A stretch of DNA of 64,000 nt from Octopus bimaculoides (lineage: Eukaryota), in the NCBI RefSeq assembly GCF_001194135.2, contig NC_069001.1, forward strand, positions 37,706,021 to 37,770,020. Direction: 5' to 3'. Below the pieces are notes generated by a model. That model ran no database searches. It saw nothing but the letters and a program-made list of their open reading frames with translations, and had not been told where the DNA came from. A program made the translations under genes and the position numbers. Below, one piece after another: positions 24,985 to 37,274 of this stretch (position 1 is its first letter; every line of letters begins with the position of its first letter).

Positions 24985-25510
24985 AGTACACTGTTGACCA
25001 AATAACCTGAAACTCTCCTTATTTGTGTCACTGGACATGCAAAAATTATTGAAAATAAAACATTTCAGAAAAATAGGAAGAGATACGACATATTTTCCAG
25101 GAAATGGGAAATCTATAAAAACATATATTACATATGTGACAGCCTATCGTATGGGGATTAAGACAGCATCGTTACTTTAGGAAAATTTCTTCTCTTCACT
25201 TTCATTCCATTATCTTTGAACACATCCAAACAAACAGATGTAGTAGAAAAAGAACACGACATATACAATGTAGATGTTTCCGTTAATAATACTTACACGT
25301 TAATATAGATAGAGCCAATGACGAAGATGTCACGACTCAGACTGGACAACGACTGCTTGGACACACCTTCTATATTTTACAACAATCGTCGGTGACCGTT
25401 TTCACTCTGGGACATCGAAGTGCGACATTTAAAATGAAACTACAATAGGCCATGTACAAAAATAGACCCGGCAATCCTCAACTAGACGAAACGAATACAT
25501 TAACGCTTGA
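24985..25510 (-). promoter_or_regulatory. Conserved 5' module of the 23556 gene (donor 25296, acceptor 23905)
   Basis: acttac at 25291-25296 inside the module; acceptor gatattctgaaa near 23899-23910. Confidence 0.7.
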
Positions 25511-26485
25511 GAGAAGCTTATTGTTATTACAGATTACTGCTTTCTCCTCTGAACACAATCGTTTATTTAAATTATGGAGATATTTCACCAATGAGAAAAC
25601 TAAAGCCAAGAATGTTTTAAAAATAAATAAAGGCGTCTGTCTATCCAGAGAAAATGGAATTCTTATTTTCACTCCACCACAGTATTGTTTAGCTAAATTA
25701 ACAAGGTAGAAGACATTTTACAAAAAAAAGGGGGGGGGATAAAAAGAATACACATGTAGAATTTATTTCAAAAGAAGTAGAAATATTATTCGAAATTTTA
25801 CGGAAATTCATAAATTACATTCACACGTATTTTTGTTGATCTTACATAGTGAACCGAGGGTTTCCTTACTGTGAAAGGGGGAAATGCAAAAATGAACGTA
25901 GGTTACCCAACTGAAACGAAACGTTTATGGAAATGCTAAGAAGTGACTTATTAAATGTCATTTTTATAGATTTGCTTTTATAATTGCGGTGTTATAATAA
26001 AAAAAGAATACATTGAAAGAAATACAGAAATACAAAAAAATCTCAAAAATGGGCTGAAAGAACAACACAGGGTGTATTAATTAACATTTATGAAAAAATA
26101 GAAGTCAATATTTTTGAGCCTATGCTCTTGTATATACACACAACAGACACTGGCCCAATGTGCTATGCTGTGGTACTGAACCTGTGACTGTGTAACTAGG
26201 AAGCAAACTTCTTACCACACAGCCATTGTTGCACACACGTATGTATGTATATATGTTTGTGTATGTGTGTATATATATATAAATGTACGTGTATTTTTTC
26301 AATGTGTACAAATAACATGAAAAAATAAATAAATAGTTACAAGAGTAGAAAGAAATTCACATAAGTACCAAGGATGTTACAGCCTACTTATAAAGGTAGA
26401 AATTCCAGGGTTTAGTGAAATGTTTTTAGATAACATGGATAAATAAAGAAATGGAGTTAAACGCTGGTGTTATTCAAATCTTTAT

Positions 26486-26651
26486 ACTTCCGACATATCT
26501 TTCGAAGAAAACATTGGTATTATTCCACAGAGAATAATACCAATGTGCTTTGTTTCTCTTTTTTTAACTAACGAGAAGATCACATTGTTTTACATCAGTT
26601 TATTTCCTCTGGAATAATACCAATGTTTTCTTCGAAAGATATGTCGGAAGT
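26486..26651. repeat. Inverted repeat / MITE-like
   Basis: acttccgacatatctttcgaagaaaacattggtattattcca and its reverse complement, with a spacer of about 80 nt. Confidence 0.75.
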
Positions 26652-27402
26652 GAATGATACCTGTAATTCCAGATAATATAATCTTGTTGCACACTGATCC
26701 TGCCTGATATTTATCATAAAGCTACGTCTGTGGAATACTCAACCGCTTTCATGTTCAAAGAAGAGCAGGCAACTCCACTGATTTAAAAACTGGATCCTTG
26801 TCACCAAAAGACAGAAACCCCTAAGTATCACTTGGAGACAACAACAGAAGGCACACCGTAACATCATTAACCATTTAGCAATTAAACTGGCCAAAATATT
26901 CCACCTGTTTTACGTCCAAACTGACCAGATCCAGACTCCCACACCTACTCCACAATATCATTCTGAAAACAAACAATGACATCATTGAAATCTTTAAAGC
27001 TATGAGATGATGCATGATTAATTCAAAATAAATAAATAAGCATTACTTTTGATGGTTAGAGCAATCATGAGGCAGTGAGTTCGATTCCCAGACCAGATTG
27101 TGTGTTGTGTTCTTCAGCAAGACACTCTATTTCCTGTTGCTCCAGTTCACTCAGCTGTAGAAATGAGTTGCAATCTCACTGCTGCCAAGGTGTATCAGCC
27201 TTTACCTTTCCCTTGGATAACATTGGTGGCATGGAGAGTGGGAAGCTGGTATGCATGGGCAACTACTGGTCTTCCATAAACAACCTTGCTAGGACTTGTG
27301 CCTCAGAGAACTTTCTAGGTGCAATCCCATGGTCATTCATGATTTATCCTTTTCTTTTTTGATAGAATGTGAATGCTAAAGAGTTAATGGAACCCAAATT
27401 TT

Positions 27403-27491
27403 GGTGCAGCCTCCTGGCTTGCCAGTCCCCAGTCAAACTGTCCAACCCATGCCAGCATGGAAAACAGATGTTAAACAATGATGATGATGAT
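27403..27491 (+). mobile_element. (GAT)n-tailed SINE 3' fragment abutting the stop codon of the 27496 gene
   Basis: ggtgcagcctcctggcttgccagtc...gttaaacaatgatgatgatgat, ending about 4 nt from the stop codon. Confidence 0.75.
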
Positions 27492-27495
27492 ACTG

Positions 27496-29019
27496 TTACT
27501 GTTTTATATGAACAGCTCTATGTGTGGATAAGTGACTTCTTTGGGAGAAGGATTTACCACAGATGTTACAGTAGTGTGGCTTCTCTCCTGTATGAGTGCG
27601 TTTGTGCACAGTTAAAGTATCATTTCTAGAAAAGGAATTCCCACATATATCACAAAAATAGGGCTTCTCTCCTGTGTGCACATGTTTGTGTACAGTTAAG
27701 TTACTACTGAAAGAGAATGATTTACCACAGATATCACAGTGATATGGCTTCTCTCCTGAATGAGTGTGTTTATGTTTAGTTAAGGTATCATTCTTAGAGA
27801 AGGATTTACCACAGATATCACAGGAATATGGTTTCTCTCCAGTGTGAATACGTTTGTGGGTAATTAACTGACTAGTTACACAGAATGATTTGCCACAGAT
27901 ATCACATCGATATGGTTTCTCTCCTGTATGAATACGTTTGTGAGAATTTAAGTCACCACGCTGACAAAATGCCTTTCCACACACATCACAGTGATATGGC
28001 TTCTCTCCTGTATGAGTGCGTTTGTGAGCTATTAAATCACCAATTGTAGAGAATGATTTACTACAGACATCACAGTGATATGGCCTCTCCCCTGTATGAA
28101 TACGTTTGTGCTTAGTTAAGTCACCATTTTGAGAGAATGATTTACCACAGATATCACACTGATATGGTTTCTCTCCTGTATGAATGCGTTTATGTTTAGT
28201 TAAGTCCCCATGTTGAGAGAATGATTTTCCACAGACATCACAGTGATATGGTTTCTCTCCTGTATGAACACGTTTGTGATTAGTTAATTGACAATTTACG
28301 GAAAATGATTTACCACAGATATCACAACGATATGGCTTCTCTCCAGTATGGACACGTTTGTGAATATTAATGTTACCACTTCTAGAGAATGATTTACCAC
28401 AAATATCACAGTGGTACGGTTTATCTCCAGTATGAATACGTTTGTGAGTAGTTAAGCAACTGCTTGCAGAAAATGCTTTCCCACAAATATTACAGTGATA
28501 GGGTTTCTCCCCTGTATGAATAACTTTATGTTTAGTTACATCACTCTTCTCATAGAATGATTTACCACATATCTCACAGCAATATGGTTTCTCTCCTGTA
28601 TGAATACGTTTATGCTGAGTTAAGTCACCATTTTGAGAGAATAATTTTCCACAGATATCACAGTGATATGGCTTCTCTCCTGTATGTATGCGTTTGTGAT
28701 TGATTAAAGAACCTTTTACAGAGAATGATTTACCACAGATGTCACACTGATATGGTTTTTCTCCTGTATGAACTCGTTTGTGAATTGTTAGGTTATCTCT
28801 TCTAGGAAATGATTTACCGCAGACATCACACTGGTATGGTTTCTCTCCAGTATGAATACGTTTGTGAATAGTTAGGTAACACTTCTGAGCAAATACCTTC
28901 TTACAGAAATCACATTGGTAGAACCCTTTTTCTTTCTTTTTCATTCTATCATCAGGGACACAATTACTTTGAGTGAGAGTTTCACACTGGCCCTGTTTCT
29001 CATCTAATTTAACATCCAT
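27496..29019 (-). CDS. C2H2 zinc-finger protein, 17 fingers
   Basis: 507-aa ORF with 17 fingers; ends HRAVHIKQ*. Confidence 0.95.
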   Translation of the reverse strand: MDVKLDEKQGQCETLTQSNCVPDDRMKKKEKGFYQCDFCKKVFAQKCYLTIHKRIHTGEKPYQCDVCGKSFPRRDNLTIHKRVHTGEKPYQCDICGKSFSVKGSLINHKRIHTGEKPYHCDICGKLFSQNGDLTQHKRIHTGEKPYCCEICGKSFYEKSDVTKHKVIHTGEKPYHCNICGKAFSASSCLTTHKRIHTGDKPYHCDICGKSFSRSGNINIHKRVHTGEKPYRCDICGKSFSVNCQLTNHKRVHTGEKPYHCDVCGKSFSQHGDLTKHKRIHTGEKPYQCDICGKSFSQNGDLTKHKRIHTGERPYHCDVCSKSFSTIGDLIAHKRTHTGEKPYHCDVCGKAFCQRGDLNSHKRIHTGEKPYRCDICGKSFCVTSQLITHKRIHTGEKPYSCDICGKSFSKNDTLTKHKHTHSGEKPYHCDICGKSFSFSSNLTVHKHVHTGEKPYFCDICGNSFSRNDTLTVHKRTHTGEKPHYCNICGKSFSQRSHLSTHRAVHIKQ

Positions 29020-29619
29020 TACTTTTCTCTGTCTCTACAATATTCAAATATTTTCCTTCTGTTTATTAATATCTTTTATTCCTAACAAATAATTCTTCCG
29101 CTATATTTCATTCAACTGTAATCTTTGTTGATACTTGAAGATGCTGCATATTCCTTCAGAATCCAACTTTTTATCAGAATATAAAATAAGTTTAGACATA
29201 TTTGAGACGGTGAAGTAGAGAAATTTTGCAAATAATTTCAGTTCAGAGCAAATATTTCCAATCAACTTTATCAAAAAGTCTTCCTTTGGTTTTTAAAAGA
29301 TTAAAGACATTGATGGATCCAAAGTAAATAATTCCTTTACACCAGTGTCATCTGATATTCTGAAAGAAAAGAGAAAAGAAAAAAAGAAAATAGAGAGGAT
29401 ATTTAAGAAGTGGTCATTCAACAGTGGACATTTTACAACATTTCTTCTTTATGGACAAGCTGTAGATATAAGCCTTTATCTGTCTGCTACCTAACAGATC
29501 AGAGCTGTCGCTAACTAACCTTCTTTCCTTCTTTCCTTATGGAAAATGCCGAATTGATGTAAACAAATGCACGTGGACGACATGACAGTCAGCGTACTAG
29601 TATCGAATGATCGCCAAAA

Positions 29620-29960
29620 GTTTTGCTTTACTTTCTTTCTTTTATATTAGAATACATCAAAACAAACAGATGTAGTAGGAAGAAGACACGACCTATACAA
29701 TGTAGATGATGTTGTTTCTGTTACTAATACTTACATATTAATACAGAGCCGATGAAGAAGATGTCACGATCGATTCAAGTTGTCACAACTCAGACTGAGC
29801 AATGACAGCTTTGACACAACTTCTATATTTTACAACAATCGTCGGCGATGTTTTCGCAGCGGGACATCGAAGTGAGATATATAAACCTGAATCAACATTA
29901 ATGGGGAATGTACAAAAATACACTCGGTAATTATCAACGACCGAAACGAATGAGTAAATA
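29620..29960 (-). promoter_or_regulatory. Conserved 5' module of the 29019 gene (donor 29734, acceptor 29360)
   Basis: acttac at 29729-29734; shortest predicted intron, about 375 nt. Confidence 0.7.
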
Positions 29961-30531
29961 CTTAAAAGTATGTTATTTATAATAATCCATCAAATTTTAT
30001 CCCTTATCTTTTCAGTCTTTAGATATGTACAGAATGTATAAATTCTATATCTCCAATTCAATTAATTTAGAATTATATTCGGGTTTTTTTTTTAATATAT
30101 GAAGTAAAATTTTCAGAATTCCATTATATTTAGCAATGGGCTTTCATATTTTGGGTAAAAGGTTTCGAAATATACCTTTTAAAACTTTTTCAAAGCTTCT
30201 GATTTCACGTAATATCAGGACAGATTAATTTAGTTCTGGGAACTAGTTTAACGCCGGGTACTATTTTACTACGGTACCTACTATTTAATGACACCGCTTT
30301 AGTTTCATTATTGACACAAATCTTCGGATCAGGGTTTCATCCAAACTCTGGTTATTATTGTTGTCGCGATTATGGGGTAACGTGTAGTTTACTATATTTC
30401 ACATTTAAAATCGTTTTACAGTTAATACTTGAATAAGAGACAACCGCTAAAAAAAAAACTACAGATACATTTCTCACCCCTTAATTCACTAATTCTTTTA
30501 TAAATCGTTCACAGTACCCAAGTAGTATTGG

Positions 30532-31099
30532 CCAATTATTGGGCACTATCATGCTATTAGCTGTCAGAAGTGAAAGTGCTCACTGCTAGTGAAGTATCTG
30601 TCTGTCTGCCTGCATGCCTGTTGCTGGCCTGTCGATTCTTTGGCCACTGACAGCTAATACCATGACTGGCCGGAGCGAGCTATATGTCTGTCTCTCTATC
30701 TATCTATCTATCTATTACTCGAAAGTTCGCGCGTCCGCGCTAGCTAGTCGTGAGTAGAAAACACAAATTTAATATAAAAACATATTTCCTGAAATTGCAA
30801 ATTATTTAAAATATAAAAATATAATTTTCAACAGAGAGAATTTATCAAAATAGAAAACAAATGAAGTTTGAAGTTTAAAAATAATAGGATCGACCACTCA
30901 CGACTAGCTAGCGCGGACGCGCGAACTTTCGAGTAATAGATAGAGAGACAGACAGACAGACAGACATATAGCTCGATCTGGCCAGTCATGGTATTAGCTG
31001 TCAGTAGCCAAAGAATCAACAGGCAGACAGACAGATACTTCACTAGCAGTGAGCACTTTCACTTCTGACAGCTAATAGCATGATAGTGCCAATTATTGG
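30532..31099. mobile_element. Large CpG-rich palindromic (foldback) element
   Basis: Inverted arms of about 200 bp (gcactatcatgctattagctgtcagaagtg ... cgcgcgtccgcgctagctagtcgtgagt) around an AT-rich core. Confidence 0.82.
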
Positions 31100-31109
31100 T
31101 ATAAACAAA

Positions 31110-31470
31110 GGCTTGTAAAATGTAGAAGTTGTGTCAAAGCTGTCATTGTCCAGTCCGAGTTGTGACTACTTGAATCTATCGTGACATCTTCGTCATTGGC
31201 TCTATATTAACAAGTAAGTATTCTTGAGAGAAACAACATCTACATTGTATAGGTCGTTTGTTTGGATGTGTTCGAAGATAATGGAAAGAAAGCGAAGAAA
31301 AAAAGAAATTTTCCTAAAGTAACGATGTTGTTTAATTCCCATGCGGTTGTCTGTTAGTTGAAAAACTTGCTTTAACTGACATTACCTATTTTTGTCTTAA
31401 TATCCTCCCCGTTTTCCTTTCCACTCTGCATTTCAGTTATCTTTATTCCCTCATATCTTAATATCAACAC
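31110..31470 (+). promoter_or_regulatory. Conserved 5' module of the 32053 gene (donor 31214, acceptor 31790-31791)
   Basis: cttcgtcattggctctatattaacaa|gtaagtatt; the upstream part is replaced by a palindromic element. Confidence 0.68.
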
Positions 31471-31584
31471 AAAAAAAAAAACTTTGCAAAAATACTGCAG
31501 AGATGATTTAGCTTCTCTGTTACCTTTATATATAAGTCTTGAAACGGGAGAAGATCGTTTGTCAAATTAAGTTTTATCAATATA

Positions 31585-31711
31585 CAGGCTGTCCACAAAG
31601 TCTGGGTACATGGGGATTAACACATACTTTAAGAAATTATTATTTCTTATATTTAATTGTTTATGTTATGATTTTATTTACTCCATGTACCCAGACCTTG
31701 TGGACACCCTG
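31585..31711. mobile_element. Tc1/mariner-type MITE in the predicted intron of the 32053 gene
   Basis: caggctgtccacaaagtctgggtacatgg / ccatgtacccagaccttgtggacaccctg, flanked by TA. Confidence 0.78.
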
Positions 31712-32052
31712 TAGAAGAAATGTAGTAAAATGTCAGTTGAATGCCTACTTTTTAAGTATCCTCTATATTTTCTATTTCTTTATTATTTCAGATTATCAAA
31801 TTACATTGGCATAAAAGAATTATTTACTCAGAGTCGTCAAATCTGTTGTAGTATTACCATGAAATATTTGCTGTGAACTGAGATTGATTGCAGAATACCA
31901 TTACTGCTTTGTCAGAAATACATACAAAATAATTTTATTGTCTAATTAAACTCAGATTCGTAGTAAATTTGCAGCATCTTCAGATACTGACAGAAAATCA
32001 CAATTGAAGGAAATATAGTGGAAGGAATATTCGTGGTGAAACATGAAAAATT

Positions 32053-33204
32053 ATGGAAACTGAATTCTGTGAGGACAAAGTTCAAAAGAAAGAGAATGTG
32101 ATATTACATAAATGTGATATTTGTAAAAAGTCATTCTCTCAGAAAAGCAACCTAACTACTCACAAACGCATACATTCAGGGGAGAGACCATATCAATGTG
32201 ATATCTGTGGTAAATCATTTAACAGAAATGATGTTTTAACATCTCACAAATTCATTCACACAGGAGAGAAACCGTTTTACTGTGATATCTGTGGTAAATC
32301 ATTTTCTCGAATTGATACTTTATCTTCTCACAAAGTCGTTCATACAGGAGAGAAAGCATATTCCTGTGATATCTGTGGTAAATTGTTCTCTCAAAATGGT
32401 AGTTTAACTGCACACAGACGTATTCATACAGGAGAAAAACCATTTCATTGTGATATCTGTGGTAAAGCATTCTCTCAAAGTAGCAGCTTAACTGCACACA
32501 GACGTATTCATACAGGAGAAAAACCATATAATTGTGATATCTGTGGTAAATCATTCTCTCAAAATGAGAGTTTAACCACTCACAATCGTATTCATATGGG
32601 AGAGAAGCCATATCAGTGTGATATCTGTGGTAAATCATTTTCACGTTGTACAACCCTAACTATACACAAACGCCTTCATACTGGAGAAAAACCATATCAC
32701 TGTGATATCTGTGGTAAATCATTCTCTGAAAATGGTCACCTAAGTAATCACAAACGTATTCATACAGGGGAAAAGCCATATCACTGTGATATCTGTGGTA
32801 AATCTTTCTCTCAGAATGGTGACTTAACTAAACATGTACGTATTCATACTGGAGAGAAACCATATCACTGTGATATCTGTGGTAAATCATTCTCTAAAAA
32901 TGATAACCTAACTTCTCATAAACGTATTCATACTGGGGAAAAACCATATCACTGTGATATCTGTGGTAAATCATTCTCTGGAAATAGTACCTTGATTACT
33001 CACAAACGCATTCATACAGGAGAGAAACCATATCACTGTGATATCTGTGGTAAGTCATTCTCTGAAAGTGGTACCTTATTTACTCATAAACATATTCATA
33101 CAAGAGAAAAGAAATATCATTGTGATATCTGCAGTGAATCATTCTCTGAAATTGGTGCCATATCAAAGCACAAATGTATAAGCAGTGGTGCTATCTTATT
33201 GTGA
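32053..33204 (+). CDS. C2H2 zinc-finger protein, 12 fingers plus a degenerate 13th
   Basis: 383-aa ORF with shortened leader; ends [12 protein letters not shown] through a frameshift. Confidence 0.93.
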   Translation: METEFCEDKVQKKENVILHKCDICKKSFSQKSNLTTHKRIHSGERPYQCDICGKSFNRNDVLTSHKFIHTGEKPFYCDICGKSFSRIDTLSSHKVVHTGEKAYSCDICGKLFSQNGSLTAHRRIHTGEKPFHCDICGKAFSQSSSLTAHRRIHTGEKPYNCDICGKSFSQNESLTTHNRIHMGEKPYQCDICGKSFSRCTTLTIHKRLHTGEKPYHCDICGKSFSENGHLSNHKRIHTGEKPYHCDICGKSFSQNGDLTKHVRIHTGEKPYHCDICGKSFSKNDNLTSHKRIHTGEKPYHCDICGKSFSGNSTLITHKRIHTGEKPYHCDICGKSFSESGTLFTHKHIHTREKKYHCDICSESFSEIGAISKHKCISSGAILL

Positions 33205-33345
33205 TTTCTGTAGCAATTGTCTAAAAAAAGGTGGCCTTAAATTTACACAGGTGTATTCATACAGGTGAGAAACCATTTTCACTGATTTTTATAGTAATTC
33301 TCTTGAAAAGGTACCTTAACTAAACATTTACATATCCATACACAG

Positions 33346-34480
33346 ATCAGATTGGAGCCTGGTGCAGCTGCTGGCTCTCCAGACCTCAGTCAAACCATCC
33401 AATCCATGCCAGCATCGAGAACAGACGTTAAACGATGATGATGATGAATTGTAATTGCATCAATATCCATATTTTGATAACATGGCTAATACAGTGCAGT
33501 TTATTTATTTTTGTTAATAATTTTTTTTCCCTTCGTATAACTAGTAATTATGTTATGAATATTGATACATTTTCATGGAGTAATTTAGTAATTTTATTAA
33601 ATGTTCAGCAAGTGTAGGAAAGATTCAATAATTAAGAAACATCAATATTGATAATTTTCACATGCATTTGGTGTAGTTCACAAATTAGTTTATTTCTGAA
33701 AAAACAATTTCTCTGGATGATAAATTGCACAGCATATATGACCAAATCATTAATTACGGACATGTTTCTAAGCATGATGCAAGGTTATTGACAATGGAGT
33801 TGTTGAAACAATTGTAAACTATGAAATAAAAATAATGCTGCTAACTTCAGTTTTTAATTTTTATTTATACTCTGCAACGGAAAAGTGGTTTGTGGATTTT
33901 GTTTATTGGGAACAACAGTTTATAAGGAATATCTCCATTACAATTTTCCGATAGCCACTGCCCATGGAAGTGCTTCTCAATGTAAACTTCTGGATTGTTT
34001 GATCACCGTCATTATCATTTAATGTCTGCTTTCTATACATGGGTTGCACAGTTTGATGAGATGCAGTCGCTTCCACTCATCTGTTTTAGCAAGGTCTTTT
34101 GGCTGGATGCCTTTCCTGAAGCCAACCACTACAAAGCGTACTGGCTGCTTTCGTATGTGGTACTGACATGAGTGATGTCTTATGTGCACTTCTTCATGTG
34201 GCATTAGCATGGGTCTGGAACAAGGACTTTTTTGCATGGCACCAGCAACTGTGGGTTTGCCAGAGGAGATATTTGGCTACTCCAGTAGGGCAAGGAAGCT
34301 GGTGGCACGTAAAAAGCACCCACTACATTCTTGGAGTAGTTGGCGTTAGGAAGGACATCCAGCTGTAGAAACCTTGCCAGATCAGACTGAAGCCTGGTTC
34401 AGCCTCTGGCTCGCCAGTCCTCAGTCAAACCGTCCAACCCATGCCAGCATGGAAAGCGGACATTAAACGATGATGATGAT
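33346..34480. mobile_element. Three (GAT)n-tailed SINE copies (+ 33346..33446, - 34010..34170, + 34290..34480)
   Basis: Family core motifs seen in both orientations. Confidence 0.72.
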
Positions 34481-34889
34481 GCGCTTCTCGTAATTTCTCG
34501 TATGTATGTGTGTGTATAGGATAAGAAGAAACTGGAGAGATCGATAGTTTAAATATCAATTGATTAACATAATGTCAATTTCAAATTGTCCTATAATTGT
34601 TTCCATATTCAATTCATTCAAATTACAAATAATAAATCAAAGATGCATTTTGAATATTGTGAGTTGAATATTTCATCAGAGTGAGAAATCGGCACAAACA
34701 AGAGTTTGAGTTTAGCAATGATCACACGATCGATTATGATGTGATCCTTTTGTGTGTGTGTTTGTGTGAGACAGAGAGGGGGGGGGGGAGAAATCGAATA
34801 ATAAACGACAGAAGCAAGTATGGAAGGACAGCAGTAGCAAAATACGCTACACGCAATATAACGTGATGTACTTCGATGGAAATCTGACT

Positions 34890-35760
34890 GCTATTTCTAG
34901 CAACTCGAGTGATCACTGGAACATTTACAAAGGTTTCGTCTTTCAACACCACCAAACACCTAAAGCGTCTCTCACCCCTAATCACAATCATTAGTGTGGT
35001 TAAAGAACTTGTTTTCATATAATGATAATAATGAATTTGTGTTGCAAGATTCCCGAAACAGATATTCTATTTCAGGACGGTCAATTTTTTTTTAACCAAA
35101 TAAACACACACACTATATATTCGTCCTTCACTCGCTTATTACTGTTCTTATTTTAACTCATGTCCATTGTCCATAATAATAACTTATCTCATCAAAATGA
35201 AATGTGAAAGATATACCAATGCGAGGGAAGTTCTTTTTGTTTTGTTTTTTACAGCGATGAAAAATGCACCTCCCTCACTTTGGTGCGTCTTAATTATACA
35301 CCGAAGACGTTGGTTGATAGATGATTGCTAATTAACCGAGGAAAGAAATAGCTACAACATTCTTTATTATGTCGATGTGAAAAATCTAAATGAAGGTTTG
35401 TTGTAAAATATAGAAGTTGTGTTGAAGCTGTCCTTGTCCAGTCTGACTCGTGACAACTTGAATCGATCGTGACATCTTCGTCATTGGCTCTGTATTAATA
35501 TGTAAGTATTATTAATAGGAATAACATCTACATTGTATAAGTTGTGTCATTTTTCTACTACATCTGTTTGTTTTGATGTGTTCAAAGATTATGGAAAGAA
35601 AGGTTACTGTTTCCAAAAGAAATTATCCTAAAGTAACGTTGGTTTCTTAATCCGCGTACGGGTTGGTTGTCACATATGTAATAGAAGTGAGTTGATAAAC
35701 TTGCTTTAGCCGACAATATCTATTGTCTTGATACTTTCACTGTTTTCCTTTACTTTCGGA
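34890..35760 (+). promoter_or_regulatory. Conserved 5' module of the 37275 gene (donor 35502, acceptor 36937-36938)
   Basis: Module with gtaagt at 35502; extended upstream homology to 41350..42110. Confidence 0.7.
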
Positions 35761-37274
35761 AGAGAGACGAAGAGGAATAAAAGAAATTGAAATGTTAAAA
35801 AAGAAAAAAAAAATTGTGGTAGAATATAATCTCCGATATTTCAAACGTGGATCCGAAAAATTTATTTGTAAAAAGATTTAAAATTGAAAAGTTACGGAAG
35901 GAAGGGATGTGACCCAAATTTTGAAAGGTCGGGGGGGGGGGGGATAAAACTACGATGTTTCAAATGAATGTCAGAAGTAATTTTTGAAAACTGCTTGTAT
36001 GAGGCCTTATAGAATCAGTCCCCTTCTCTTCCTCTACCTGTCCCCTCTGCCTACTTTACTACTTATTTCTCTGTCATTAGTAGTCCTACTTCATTCATCT
36101 CACTTCTTGCACACATCTCCAGACTTCTGCTTTGGCATTTTTGCAATTTCCCCCATTCATAGCAGCAGTTCTTAAGTTTCTGGCTTGAAGTGGAGCAGAT
36201 GGGTAGCTCATGGCCTCTTTCCTTCACCTTAAATAAAGACGATTTTTGTGATTATTTATTGGCCGACAGTGGTCTCTTACAGATGTCCTGATGTTTCTAT
36301 GTAATGTATTACCATTAGCATCAAACAGTGAACCCAGTGGCCAGGTACAGCTGGGGAGAGCAAAGCATATAAAACATGGTTACCCAGGAGGGAGAGAGAG
36401 AGAGAGAGAGAGATCAAAAATGAGAATGAGTGTGAGAGTGCAAGAGAGAGTGAGAGAGAAATAGTGGAGAATGTGCCAGGGCACATCTGCAAGGTGCAGG
36501 GATGAGAATATAAATGGGATGGTAGAGTATTGCCAAGGATGCATGAGTTGGGAGTAGAGGGTTCACATGAATGCGAAGAGGTGAAGGAATGCAGGAGTAG
36601 GGTGGGGGAACAACAGTATAGCAATGAAACAGTGGGCAGGGCAGCAAGGACAGGATTGGGATGTAGGGGAGGGAGAGATAAGCATAAGCATAGTGCAGGA
36701 AAAAGAGGAAGAGAAGGAATGTTGTTTGGTTTGTTGGGATAAGGGTGTGTGACAAAAATTTTCACACACAAAAATTTTAGAACCCAGTTTTGCTCAAGAG
36801 GTTGGTTCTATAAATGTTTTGTCTTGGAAAGGGGTTCATGTGTTGGGTGAATTTCAAGTATAGTTTTTTGATGTAGAAGAAATGCAGTAAAATGTCTGCT
36901 TTTGAACGATTCTCTATATTGTTTCTCTTTTATTTCAGAATATCTTATGTCATGTGGAAGGTAGAATTCTTCAGTACAGATGCATCAATATTTATCCTCT
37001 TTTAAAGAAAAAAAGAAAAGATGTCATAGAACAGATATAAACCTTGTTTATATAAATGTGTGGTGGAATTACTTTGAAATATCTCTACTTCACTGTCTCG
37101 AATATGTACAAGATAATTTTATATTGTAATTAAACTTGGATCGGGAATGGGTTTGCAGCATTTTCAAATGTCTACAACTTTCACAGCAGAAGAAATATTT
37201 GTAAGGAATGAAATATAAAAACAAAATATAACAGAATAGAACATCTGTGTGTTGTGGTGAGAGACAAAAACATT

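Noticed and set aside
35502-35760. Intron-encoded snoRNA as the explanation for the conserved block
   Set aside because: No consistent box C/D or H/ACA arrangement was seen across copies, and one copy is inverted; not tested with covariance models.
36277-36771. Overlapping ORFs in a GA-rich tract
   Set aside because: Low-complexity purine-rich sequence with no recognisable domain.
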